Below the pieces are notes generated by a model, which worked only from the letters and a program-made list of their open reading frames with translations, made no database searches and had not been told where the DNA came from. Source: Octopus vulgaris (lineage: Eukaryota). From it: a DNA stretch of 64,000 nt. Where the stretch lies: NCBI GenBank assembly GCA_951406725.2, contig OX597832.1:44702001-44766000 (forward strand), in the 5' to 3' direction. Positions 51,170 through 63,954 of this stretch are shown piece after piece (position 1 is the stretch's first letter; every line of letters begins with the position of its first letter). The position numbers and the translations under genes are program-made.

Positions 51170-51540
51170 CTAGCAGTATAGCCCGGCGTTGCTCAGGTTT
51201 GTAAGGGAAATAACTATATAAGCATTTTTAGAGATGTAAAGTATAATAGCCATCTCAATATGGCTAACCACAAAGGGGGGGTGTTACTATAGCTTTTTAC
51301 GTTCTGAGATTTAATAAATTTTTAGAGAGTTACTTCCCTTATATATGCCAAAAATGCATTAAAAATGGGAAAAATTGATGGTAAATTTTTTTTTTAAATC
51401 GTAGACTCAGAAGGGCTCGATATGAATCACGACTATAAGATACCCGGTTTTGGTTAAACTGCACCGCAAAATGTGGGAGTAGTTAGGAATCTAAATCGTA
51501 GGAGACAGACAGCACACAACCTCACTTTTATATATAATGA
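51170..51540 (-). mobile_element. Non-autonomous Helitron
   Basis: Minus strand starts a|TC and ends CTAG|t, with a subterminal hairpin (cctgagcaacgccggg); AT insertion site, no TSD. Confidence 0.8.
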
Positions 51541-52423
51541 TATGAAGCACGATGATTGTCAGGTTAAAGTACTGGACACAATTTTATGATCATGAGTTTA
51601 AATAATATTATTACTGCCACTGCTACCACCATTGTGCTATGCCTTTGAACAAGGCATACAACTTAACATTTTTGCTTTGCTCATTTCCACTTCTACTTAA
51701 CAGATGAACAATTATTAAAGCCAGGAAGGGTATATTGTTCTTACTATCCTAGATATTTGCTCAAATTTGCAAAAACCATAAACCCTCCACCCACCCCTAT
51801 GCTTGTATAGTAAAATTGATGTTAAAACAATAGGAAGGTAAACCTAAATAATTTAATTTCAAAACAGTTTGTTGGGTTTTTTTAACTGTTTAACATCCAC
51901 ATTTTTACTTGTTTTTTTTTTTACTTCAGGGGGGAGCAAACCAACCCTCTTAGCCACAAATCATTCAACCGCAATATATGAGTGGAACCTCTGTTTTTGT
52001 CATCAGACAAACTGTAGCAAACGGTTTGTAATGCTTCTTGCTAAGAAAATGTCTGTAATAAGATTTGAAGATAGACACAGAAGTCCATTAAGCAGATTTT
52101 AATTTAAAAATAACCATTAAATATCATTGAATATCGCAGACAGGATAATAATGTGAACACGGACAAGTCTGAGAAGTTGATACATGAAAGATTAATGTTG
52201 TTAGAAATATATTTCAATATAAAAGAAAAAAGGAAAAAAAAAAAAAGAATGCTTTTATTAACACTTAAGTAAACATTTATAAGCACTGCCAATATATTAG
52301 AAGATGACTACTGAGACACAAATTCTAATATAACATTGAAATGTACTTTGATTTTTTTATAAATTTATCAAAAGCAGTCGTCCTAAACTGGTGGTGGTGA
52401 GATGAATACAATTGATAACCAGC

Positions 52424-52652
52424 TTAACCCTTTAGCATTTAAACCGGCCATATCCGGCCAAAAATATTCTACCTGTTTTATGTTCAAACTAGCCCTATCT
52501 GGTCTCTCACACCAACCCTACAATATTGTTTAAAAAATTAACAGCTACCTCATAGAAATCTCATAACTACAAGATAATGCATGATTAGTTCAAAACAATG
52601 AGGATGAAGAAGCATTAATTTTGGCAGAATAATGCGAACACTAAAGGGTTAA
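52424..52652 (-). mobile_element. piggyBac-type MITE family P1
   Basis: TTAA|CCCTTTAG...CTAAAGGG|TTAA; reverse orientation relative to 35091-35309. Confidence 0.9.
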
Positions 52653-52654
52653 AC

Positions 52655-53545
52655 AAATGTAACAGGTTTGGTGTTCAGAGGCAAAAAATGTCAGTGCCAG
52701 TGAAATTCCAGAGGGCCATGGTTTATCCAAGAGCTTTACATTCAGCAAGAGTTCTACATCCGAGTAAATAATGAGAACACAGAAAAGTTCAAAAATGGGA
52801 AAAGACTTTATCGGGGCTGTATTCTTTCTCCATGTTTGTCCAACATCCACACTGGGTAGATAATGCAAGAAGCGATACAGGAAAAAGATGGCATCAAAGT
52901 ACATGACATGCATGTTTCTGATCTAAGGCATGCAGACAATACTGTTCTATTTGCCAAGATTGCAGCTGGACAAGAAATAATAAACAGAGTTGAGAAGGTA
53001 ACAAATACGCATGGTCTTGATTTCAACCATAAGAAAACGAGTCATGTTTGTAGGAAAAGAGAAAGTAAATGTTGACATCAAACTAGGCAGTGAGAGGCTT
53101 GAATACATTGAATTGTACACAATATCTTGGAGCTTAAATCTCTGGTGAAGCCACATGTCAAAAAAGGTATTTATGGTTGCAAAGCATGGGCGGCTCTGAA
53201 CAAATCTGAAGAGAACATAACCATTGCATTTGAAATGTGGGTGTATAGGAGAATGTTATGAATTCCTTACAAGGATCATCAAACAAATGAAGGGGTAGAT
53301 GAAAGATGACAACTTCTGAACATTATGCAAAAACAAAAGCTCATCTATTATGGCCATATTTAGTATCGAAAGTAGAGGTTTGAGAAACAGAATCATGGAA
53401 GGAAGATTAGAGGGGGGTAGTAGGATCAAGAGGCAGGCAAAAAAACACAGTGGATAGACAATATGAAAAGCTGGTTGGACAAAGTGGTAAGGCAACTAGA
53501 GAACTTGCACCTTAATTGGGGAAGACTTTCGTTGTAGTGTCATCA
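52655..53545 (+). pseudogene. Degenerate RTE (BovB-like) reverse transcriptase fragment
   Basis: RGCILSPCLSNI..DLRHADNTVLFA (YADD-like)..GLDFNHKKT..YGCKAW..AFEMWVYRRML*IP..TNE, with stops and frameshifts. Confidence 0.85.
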
Positions 53546-54082
53546 AAGTGCTCAGGTGCACAATACATGGCAGTGGCAACAATGGTGACATAGTTCAGGG
53601 GATAAAGAATTGGATGAAGTGTTTAGCATGGGCTTGGAAGGTAAGATACAGTGAGGTTAATAGACGATTTGGAGAAGTGGGTTTGAAAGATCAAGGTATG
53701 CAGCTAGCTACATCAGTTGTGAGGAAGTTGATGATGTAGCGCTTGGTTCAAAGTCTCCCTTGACCACAAATGGCCTGAACTCTTTGCATGAACACCACCC
53801 TGTACATAACTCCATGTCCCCCTACATGGCCTTGCTTTTTGCTTTTTGAGCCAAAAAATTAACTAAACTTAACTTAACTTAGAAGCTCCCAAAATTAAAA
53901 AAAATTAAAAGGGGCACAACAGTGAGCTAGTGGTTGAAAAGTGTTACCTTTCATTTGTTTCAGTCACTGGACTGCAGCCATGTTAGAGTTTAGAGGAGCA
54001 TATCTACCCTTGTACTTATTTTTGTAAATCTGGTACATACTCTCTTAGTCCCTTTTGCCAAAGCGCTAAAAAATTTAGGAAT

Positions 54083-54313
54083 TTAACCCTTTCATTACCA
54101 ACCCGGTTGAAACCGGCTCTGGCTCTGGTAGTACAAATGTCTAGTTTACATGAGTTCTGAATTCAAATCTTCCTCCAAACCTTAGTCACAATTTATGTTC
54201 CTAACACTAGCTTAATGATAACTAAGTTATTTTACTAAATCCTTAGTTAGATTTAAAATTAATTGAAAGAAACACAGAGCATCTCAAAATAAATACAGTA
54301 ACGAAAGGGTTAA
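54083..54313 (+). mobile_element. piggyBac-type MITE family P2, nested in an old family A SINE (about 53945-54460, minus)
   Basis: TTAA|CCCTTTC...GAAAGGG|TTAA. Confidence 0.9.
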
Positions 54314-55256
54314 ACAAACTAACACTGGTTGTCAAGCAGGGATGGGGAGGTGGGGAAATACACCCACAGCCTTCATCTATCAAATTCACTCACAATGCAT
54401 TGGTCAGCCTAGGGGTACCGTAGAAGACTCTTGCCTAAGGCGTCATACAATAAGAATGAATGCTAGAAACCACTAAGTTTGCTGCTTGAAATCAAAAAAT
54501 TTCATAATTCAAATAGCAACAAAAAATTTTTAAATTCTTTTAAAATTTGCAAATCAGCATTAATTTGTTATAAGAATGTCATTCCAAACTGGGATGAGTT
54601 AGAACAAACAGTAGGCTTACAGTAATGCTATAAATGTAGATAAGATGATATTGAAAATATTTTAGCATTTTTCTGGAGTTCGTCCAAGTAAGAATTCTTT
54701 TTTTTTTTTTAACTGCTTAAAATTAAAACAAAATAATTAAGCTAATTCAGTAGAGCCATGATGCTGAATAAACAGTTAATAACTCGAGCTTTTATTCCCT
54801 TATATACATGGAAAATTATTGTATCGCAATGTGCAAGTTAAATAAAAATGCCATGTCAGTAATGTAGAATTAATTAAAACGGTTAAAATATTTAGCATAT
54901 CTGTTAAAAAACAAAATTGTTTTGTGTGCCTGCTTAAAAAAGTTTGTTGCGAGAAACAAATTTTTAGCAATACAGAAAATCTCTGAGTGACAAGAGAGAG
55001 ATATGGAATGTTGTAATGTTCACATCTTTCTCAAGAACATCATCATCATTTTAACATCTACTCTTCTTCCATATTGGCATGGGTTGGGTAGAATTTATTG
55101 AGGAAGATTTTCTAAAGCCAGATGCTCTTCCTGGCACTAGCCTTTACCTGTTTCCAAGTAAGGCAGATATGTTTTTGTAGAATATTGGAAATGAATAATA
55201 TTCATTTACAACAATCATTCAAGGTTAAGACAAGGAGACGCAAACACACATACATA

Positions 55257-55305
<49 letters not shown>

Positions 55306-56727
55306 CAGAGAAAGAAAGAGAAAGAGAGAGAGAGATGGGATTCAACTATAAATATGTTCACTAGGAGCTTATTTCTGACACTACATCACTTGCTACTTCA
55401 AAGATAATTAGAATATTCAATGCAATCACAGTTTTAGTCCACAAATCAATAAGAAAAGTAAAGCATCCTTTCGAGTGGCAAAGTCAATTTAATCTTCAGT
55501 TCCTCTACTGTTAAAGAATGGAATTTAAATGTAAAATGAGAAAAATCTCTATAAATTGTGAAGAAAGACAATCTTCAACCTAGAATAAACGAGGAGTGGC
55601 TTAATCTCAGTACACCAGGCAAAATGCTTGGCAGTATTTCTTCTGTCTTTTTGTTCTAAGTTCAAATTCTTCTGAGGTCAACTGTACCTTTCATCCTTTC
55701 AGGGTCAATAAAATAGGTACCAGTTGAGCATTGAGGTCAATGAAATTGACCAGCACCATCTCTGCAAAATTTCAGGCTTTATGTCTATAGTAGAAATAAT
55801 AATAATTATTATTATTGTGATGAGCTGGCAGAATCATTAGTGCATCAGACAAAATGTTTCCTGGCATTTCTTCTGGTTCCTTACGTTCTGGGTTCAAATT
55901 CTAATGAGGCTGACCATGTCTTTTTCCCTTTCAGAGTCACCAGTCAAATACTGGAGCTGGTGTAACAATATTAATTTTGTTTCAGAGATAAAATTAATAA
56001 AATACCAGAAGACACTTACCAAAGGTACTACGTAGTGAAACTGAATCGGGAACCATGTGGTCAGAAAGCAAACTTCTTACCACAAAGCCACTCCTTTATT
56101 TTTCTGATATAGAGTATTTAAGTTTGCAATCTTTCCTTAAGGACATTAACCACAAAGGTAATATTTCCCACTTTGCACCAAAATCGCATTATACTTGGTT
56201 TACTGACATTTTTTCTATTACAACATTAATAAGAAATATCAAAAGACAGTCTTCAATACTTGTATAGAATGAGTAGCAGACATCTTCCAGTTAGCTACTT
56301 TTAGTAGTTTTACAGACATCAGACTCCAGTTTAATAATCAATGGAATAAATTTTATATTTAAAACATTACATCTGAAAAACCAATCAAAATAATAATTTT
56401 ATAGAAACAAAATTGATATTTTTGTGACTGAAGGCTCGAGTGACATTTTGTATCAGGTTTTTTTCTATTTTGTTTCAGAGATAAAAGATAAACTTGGAGC
56501 GAATGTCAACAATCAGCAAATATGATTGAACCAAACGCCCTGTAATGTCATGCTGACAAATTCTTAACTGATCGACAGAGCTCAGACATCTGTTCTGTAA
56601 TTTTAACAAATGTCTTCTTATGTTGGCATTGTAGGACTATTTCTTCGTATCGTAGTTCCAAAAATTTATAATTAGCAGCCAATTCTCTTCATTCCTGCAT
56701 ATAATGTAAGCCTCTATCTATCTAGCT

Positions 56728-56933
56728 CTCTCTCTTTTACTCGTTTCAGTCATTTGACTGTGGCCATGCTGGAGCACTGCCTTTAGTCGAGCAAATCGAC
56801 CCCGGGACTTATTCTTTTGTAAAACCAGTACTTATTCTATCGGTCTCTTTTGCTGAACCACTAGGTGACAGGGACGTAAACACACCAGCATCGGTTGTCA
56901 AGCAATGCTGGGGGGACAAACACAGACACACAA

Positions 56934-56978
<45 letters not shown>

Positions 56979-57144
56979 TATGACAGGCTTCTTTCAGTTT
57001 CCGTCTACCAAATCCACTCACAAGGCATTGGTCGGCCTGGGGCTATAGCAGAAGACACTTGCCCAAGGTGCCACGCAGTGGGACTGAACCCGCAACCATG
57101 TGGTTGGTTAGCAAGCTACTTACCACACAGCCACTCCTGCGCCT
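56728..57144 (-). mobile_element. SINE family A, full length
   Basis: Reverse complement of the consensus. Confidence 0.92.
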
Positions 57145-59160
57145 ATAATTATTTCATTTATATAAACGAACAACAGTTACAATGAAATAGCATTCAAATA
57201 TACCACAATATAAACGAAAGTAAAATTACAACAACAAAATTAACGACCCATCAGTATCCTCATCATGGCCTTGCTTTTGCTTTTTGAGCCAAAAATTTAA
57301 CTTAACTTAACTTAACATCAGATTTTCAATGCTGGCATGAGTTACTGAAAGCTTATTGAGGTAAACTTTCGACATAGATGTTCTTCCTGAGTCAACCCTT
57401 ACTTGTTGACCGAATAAGGTGGGGTTTTTTTTTTTCCTTTTTTTTTTCATCACTTGGATCACTTATCACACTGAAATATCTACTGAATTGCAGAGCACTT
57501 GTCCACAGGAGAAAGTAAACACCATTCTTTCACTTAGGCAGTGACACACTAAATGGACACACACACACGCACACAATACTCGGCAATGCAGTTGGCAAAC
57601 TGAGCAAAGACATTGCAAAGTTGAGAGGACATTTTAGTCTTGCCGAGGGCAAGGCCTCTATAATGCTGGTGCCACAAAACAATGAATGCACCAAGTACAC
57701 TCTGTGAAATGGTTGGTGTTAGGATGGACATCCAGTTGTAGAAATCATGCCAAAACTGAGACACTTGTGTAACCTGTGGCCTACTGACCTGTAGAATCTT
57801 GTTGAACTGTCCAACACGCGTCGACATGGTAAGTGTATGCAAGATGAAGAATACAATGTGTGTGTGTGTGTGTGTACAAACACACAGTCATATGCATATT
57901 GTAAAAAAAAAATATCAAAAGATATCAAAAAATGCGACAGAAATGTTATTAAAAATGAATGAAGGAAAATAAATACCATATTTTTAATGAATGATATTTC
58001 TAGAAGATAAAAAAAATGTTTCCTTTTAAATATAAAAAAAAAATCAATAACTTAATATAATTTAAAATACAGAAGTGGTTGATAAATGAAAATAATTTCC
58101 ACGGAGCAGAAACTTCACTAAAACTGATCTAAACCTGAAACTAATAGCAAAATTTAACCCATTTGTTACCATATTTCTATTGCTTTTTGAAATTTATTTT
58201 GGAAATAATCAAGTGCTTTGTAAAATAACTAACTATTAAGCTGGCATTTGGAACATAATTTAACATGAAATTTTGACAGAAAGTTTTAATTTCGATAAAT
58301 TTAAAACAAGAGATTTGTGTCTTAAAACCAAGGGTAGTCTTGAGCAAGTTGGTAGGCTTAGTCTGGTGTACTTAAGCTTGTTGTAACATATTTGAAATGT
58401 AATTTTGCTTGTTGGCATTTCAAATTTTGTTTGCTACTACTTTTGAGGAAAAAAAATTTTAAGACTTATTTTTTTTTTAGTTAAGTTTAAATAAAAAAGC
58501 TAACTAAAAATAAGTAAATGGCAGGAAAAGAAAAACAATTAATCAGTAATTAATAATATTTTCATATTCATTTATATATCTAAACTTTTTTTTTACAAGT
58601 ATGAAAGACAACTCCAGGCATGTGTGAGTCTTAGTCTAAACTAGCTGCAAAGAATACATTATACTCGCCAAAGTAATAATGAAAGAATCTCTAAGTAAGT
58701 GTTGAAAAAAAAACTGAACATTAGTTATCATAAGAAATTAGAATAGTTTAAAGAATGAATAATTCAGAGTTGCCATCTGCCTGGAAAATAGTAGTTAAGT
58801 TTAGTGCTAATACATTTAATCAGAGAACATCAGACTAACAATGAAAACCAACCTATATCATTTTCTATTAATCCAAATGCAATATCATGGTAAAGGTAAA
58901 GACAGTATGGCATCAAAGTTCTGAAGCTCTTAATATAGAATTTGACTACATAACTTCTCAAGCTGGTTTCTTAATTTACTTCTCTGCCAAACATTCTTTC
59001 TCAACCACATTCCTCTGTTGTACTTTAAATATTCATTCATGACTGCTTCTTAGTAAAAAAAAAAAAAAAAAACCAAAACAAAACTGCTAGGTAACAACAC
59101 ATTCACAATTCCACATCATATTTATATATTCTTCATATTCTTTACGAGTTTCAGGTATAA

Positions 59161-59540
59161 CTCTCTCTTTTACTCGTTTCAGTCATTTGACTGCGGCCAT
59201 GCTGGAGCACCGCCTTTTAGTCAAGCAAATCGATCCCGAGACTTATTCTTTGTAAGCCCAGTACTTATTCTATCGGTCTCTTTTGCCAAACCGCTAAGTG
59301 ACGTAAACACACCAGCATCAGTTGTCAAGCAATGCTAGGGGGACAAACACAGACACACACACACATATACATATATATATACGACAGGCTTCTTTCAGTT
59401 TCCGTCTACCAAATCCACTCACAAGGCATTGGTCGGCCCAGGCTATAGCAGAAGACACTTGCCCAAGATGCCACGCAGTGGGACTGAACTCGGAACCATG
59501 TGGTTGGTAAACAAGCTACTTACCACACAGCCACTCCCAC
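59161..59540 (-). mobile_element. SINE family A with 33-bp TSD
   Basis: attcttcatattcttta(c/t)gagtttcaggtataa at 59128-59160 and 59541-59573. Confidence 0.92.
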
Positions 59541-59898
59541 ATTCTTCATATTCTTTATGAGTTTCAGGTATAAGAACACTTTCAAAAACAATACCATTCA
59601 AAATTCTAATCATTTATAAATTGAGGATCATAAAAGAAAAATGATGCCTGAATTGAAGTACAGTTCAGATACATAACCTCAGATAATAAATTTTTCTTAG
59701 TTTGAAATACTTTCTGTATTAAAAGAAAACAAGTTGGTAATCTGAGCCTAATTTTTCATTTTAAATAATTGCTGCTTGAATATATCTACTTCGACATCTA
59801 TTACGTTTTGCTGCTCTGAGAAATATTCCTAAGATATTACTGTTTATTTTGATCTAACAGACCACTAGGATCAAAAATGTTTTAACCATGGTTAAACC

Positions 59899-60062
59899 AG
59901 GCGTAGGAGTGGCTGTGTGGTAAGTAGCTTGCTTACGAACCACATGGTCCCGGGTTCAGTCCCACTGCGTGGCACCTTGGGCAAGTGTCTTCTACTATAG
60001 CCTCGGGCCGACCAAAGCCTTGTGAGTGGATTTGGTAGACGGAAACTGAAAGAAGCTCGTCG

Positions 60063-60097
<35 letters not shown>

Positions 60098-60285
60098 TTG
60101 TGTGTCTGCGTTTGTCCTCCCAACATCGCTTGACAACCGATGCTGGTGTGCTTACGTCCCCGTAACTTAGCAGTTCAGCAAAAGAGACCGATAGAATAAG
60201 TACTTGGGGTCAATTTGCTCGACTAAAGGCGGTGCTCCAGCATAGCCACAGTCAAATGACTGAAACAAGTAAAAGAGTAAAGAGT
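59899..60285 (+). mobile_element. SINE family A
   Basis: Consensus with a small internal deletion. Confidence 0.92.
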
Positions 60286-60362
60286 ATGGTGTTTTTTTAA
60301 TTTTTCATTTGATGACTACTTGATCCAGTGTCATTCTGCTTTTCTAAACACCAAGGTTTAAC

Positions 60363-60546
60363 TTAACCCTTTAGCGTTCAGATTATTCTGTCAATTATTT
60401 ATTCACATTGTTTTTAATTAATCATGCGTTGTCTTATAAACTTTCAGGTTTTTATGAAGTAATTTTTAGAGGGGGCCAAATCTGGCCAGTTTGGCCAGTT
60501 AATATATTTTGGCCAGATATGGCTAGTTTAAACGCTAAAGGGTTAA
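60363..60546 (+). mobile_element. piggyBac-type MITE family P1, internal deletions
   Basis: TTAA|CCCTTTAGCGTT...AACGCTAAAGGG|TTAA. Confidence 0.85.
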
Positions 60547-61259
60547 GGAAAAATTTAGCTGCTAATCCTAATAGATCAAGCAACCATGTAGAAGCTCCTT
60601 TGTTGACCTGATGTAACCCTGACTTTTACAAGGAATCAAAAACCTTCCATAGGGGTGATAATAGATGGATGTACAGAGATGATAATAATCCTATCTATTG
60701 ATAGAATTATCATCATTTCAAAATAAATCATCAAATACAATTATCATCTAATAAATCATAAAACAGAATTCTTTATTATCTGATTTCTTTGTAATCAATA
60801 ACAGCCCTAATATGAATTTCTTTTCTAGTTTTTCCCTCTTGAGCTTTCTCGCATACATCAAAGGAAAATCAAGCGTAATCGCAAGACGTTTAGCAATATT
60901 TGAGTGTGGTTCAGTTTGAAACTCAATAAACATCACGAGAGAAACTATTGATATATCTTGTGTCAGTTTGAATAGTGTAGAAATAGATTCTGTCTTTATT
61001 CTTGGCTTGCTTTGAACATGTGAAATAAACTTTCTTAAAATTTGGAAAACAATTACTTTTCTGAAAAGGGAATTTTTTTTTTGTATTTTGTTCCAGCTAG
61101 AATATTAATGGAATTATTCAATACAAAACTATTTACCATAGTAAGTAGCTGATTCTTTTTTTTTTTCTTTACACATTCTCAAATACCACTACAATATTCT
61201 AGATTGAGTCGTACCTGACTTTTAAATATATTTCATTCAGATCTTCTCCTTATTAAGAA

Positions 61260-61561
61260 CACAATTGCAGTGAGGAAGGTGTTTATAAGCCATTTAAGAA
61301 ACACACAAAAACCGTTAGATTCACTTCAACATTTAAATTTAATTTGTCAAAATATTTTCGTCGCTTTGAGACCACGACCAGTTCACCGTGGTCTCAAAGC
61401 GACGAAAATATTTTGACAAATTAAATTTAAATGTTGAAGTGAATCGAACGGTTTTGTGTGTTTCTTAAATGGCTTATAAGCACCTTCCACGCTGCAATCG
61501 TTTTCGTTCCAGCGCACGATCTCAGATCAAGTCACTTGCTATGCAAGTACATCTCCGTAAT
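61260..61561. mobile_element. Penelope-like insertion with inverted arms
   Basis: 61261-61376 is inverted at 61387-61501 around a 10-nt spacer; 13-bp TSD tccttattaagaa at 61247-61259 and 61562-61574; same family as 1-75. Confidence 0.7.
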
Positions 61562-61949
61562 TCCTTATTAAGAAGTTCTTTCATTATAACTCCATTTGTT
61601 ATTTGCATGCTCTCCTGCTCCATAACTTAGATCAATGTAGTGGCAATATGCATTGGCCGCTCGCTTGTCATTACTGAGCTGCTAGCAATTAAACAAAGAA
61701 AAGATCACAGCAGTTCAAAGATTACAACTGACCATAACAAATGCAGCAGATTTCCTCCTTGTCTGAAAACATTCAGTATTCAGATTTTACTGTTTCTGAC
61801 TATCTGCTATAATCAATAACTATTTCACAAAGCTTAGAAGTTTTCTGTATGCCAGTTAAAAGTTTTATGATTTCAAAGGAGTCAGCGATATATCTTTACA
61901 AAGCAACTGTAGTGTATAGTGAATGGAGAAGGACATAGTATTAGAGCAG

Positions 61950-62275
61950 CCAACTGGCTTCCGTACCCGTGGCATGTAAAAGGGCACCATTCGAGCGTGA
62001 TCGTTACCAATGTTGCTTCACTGGCACGTGTAAAAAGATTCGAGCGAGGTCATTGCCAGTACCGCCTGACTGGCCCCCATGCCGGTGGCATGTAAAAAGC
62101 ACCCACTACACTCTCGAAGTGGTTGGCGTTAGGAAGGGCATCCAGCTGTAGAAACTCTGTCAGATCAAGACTGGAGCCTGGTGCAGCCATCTGGTTTGCC
62201 AGCCCTCAGTCAAAATCGTCCAAACCATGCTAGCATGGAAAGCGGACGTTAAACGATGATAATGATGATGATGAT
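61950..62275 (+). mobile_element. SINE-like family C, variant subfamily
   Basis: Three variant tggca(c/t)gt..aaaa units, conserved tail, (GAT)n. Confidence 0.88.
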
Positions 62276-62925
62276 ACAATATGATTTAGATGAAGAAACG
62301 GTAAAATGTACTAGAGTATAAAAAAAATCCAACCAGTTGCTATTTTTTTCTCATGACCTATATAGTAATTGTGTGTGATCTTTTCTCAAACTGATAGTGA
62401 TTAGTTGGGTTTGTTTATTTTCTTCTTTGCAGCCCTTTCACTTACTTCTCTTCAACTCAGTTCAAGCAAGTTTGTTCCAGGTTCGTCTAGGTCGGAATTC
62501 ACTTATGTTAATGCCTTTGTTTGATTCTTACCAGTTATTCATAAATAAACCTGATCATATAAATATTTACCTGTACATGAGAAGAAACTTAACCTTGTAA
62601 TGGTGTTAAAATCCAAGTTCAACTAAGAAAAAAAAAAAAAAATTCCCTCACATGAAACTAATTTTATTGCTTAATTTATTAATTTATATACTGTATAGCT
62701 ATTATCATTAACAAATTGTCCACTAACTCAGTGCTTTCAAAGACGAGTCGAATTAAATATCCCTTACTTGGAAAATTGGTAAGCGTTAACAAAAGGAAAG
62801 GCATTAGCTATAAAACAATACCACAATAATCTGTTTGTCTAACCCATGCTAGCATGGAATAACAGACGTAAAATGAACAAAGGAAATATTGTCAGGTGCT
62901 TATTGTGAAGTTAGCACTAAATTAC

Positions 62926-63152
62926 TTAACCCTTTAGTGTTCTGATTATTCTATCAAACATAATGCTTATTGATTCACATTGATTTGAGTTAATCATGCA
63001 TTATCTCATATCTTTAAGATCTTGATGGTGTAATTACTTGATGTAGAATAACATTGTAGGGTAGGTGTGAGAGCCTGGATCTGGTCAGTTTGAACATAAA
63101 ACAGATTAAATATTTTGGCCGGATATGGCCGGTTTAAATACTAAAGGGTTAA
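62926..63152 (+). mobile_element. piggyBac-type MITE family P1
   Basis: TTAA|CCCTTTAGT...ACTAAAGGG|TTAA. Confidence 0.9.
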
Positions 63153-63745
63153 AGCTGTTTATACATAGAAAAGAGAGCATGCAAGGTTTGCGGTACTGGA
63201 GTTGGTATCTTAAACAGCAACTAGAATTATGAACCTCCACCTGCTACCTCTATGTTCACAACCACCCCTACTCTCTCTCTCTCTTTTTGGTTTTTAATCA
63301 AAAATTTCTTCACAGCAAGAATGTCTACATGTTACAAAATTCACTAATTCATATGCTATGTGCTGATATTGGCAATTTTCTCTATACTACCTTTTCATAT
63401 ATTACAGGTTTTAATCCATATTATCTAAGTTTCACTCCCATACAATATATATCTATTGATATCATGACTAATCCAAGTTTAGTCGACCTCAACAATACGG
63501 AATAAACTTATAAATATTCTTATCTATAAAGTCGACTATTTTTAATTCAAAGTTTATCAAATAAAACACGCAACTTAACAAGCAAGGTATTATGAGTAAT
63601 TCTTCATAACTGAATCAACATATTAGAAAATCAAGCCATTTAAGATATACTTATAACCTCTCCAAAAGTTCTCACTTTTGCTAGAAATAAATTTCCAGAA
63701 AAGGAAAATATGAATTATGATTAATCAAGTGAAAATAAAATAATT

Positions 63746-63954
63746 TTAACCCTTTAGAATTCGGATTACTCTGCCAAAATGTAATATTTATTTATTCACA
63801 ATGCATTATTTTGTAGCTACAAGATTTCAATGATGGGTTTATTTTTAGAATGACATTGTAGGGTAGAAGTGAGGGGTGGTATCTAACTGATTTGAACATA
63901 AAACAGGTAGTATATTTGGGTCAGATATGACCTGTTTTAGTGCTACAGGGCTAA
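63746..63954 (+). mobile_element. piggyBac-type MITE family P1, diverged
   Basis: ttaaccctttag...ctacagggctaa. Confidence 0.8.

Noticed and set aside
55974-56486. 20-bp direct repeat attttgtttcagagataaaa, the second copy resembling a plus-strand acceptor
   Set aside because: No coherent element between the copies and no convincing downstream donor or ORF.
1085-63505. Recurrent ORFs such as MSSNARGTNTDTQ, MDGSTGVWEARR, MLGGQTQT and YIYIYI
   Set aside because: They are translations of non-coding SINE families and microsatellites, mostly from non-ATG starts.
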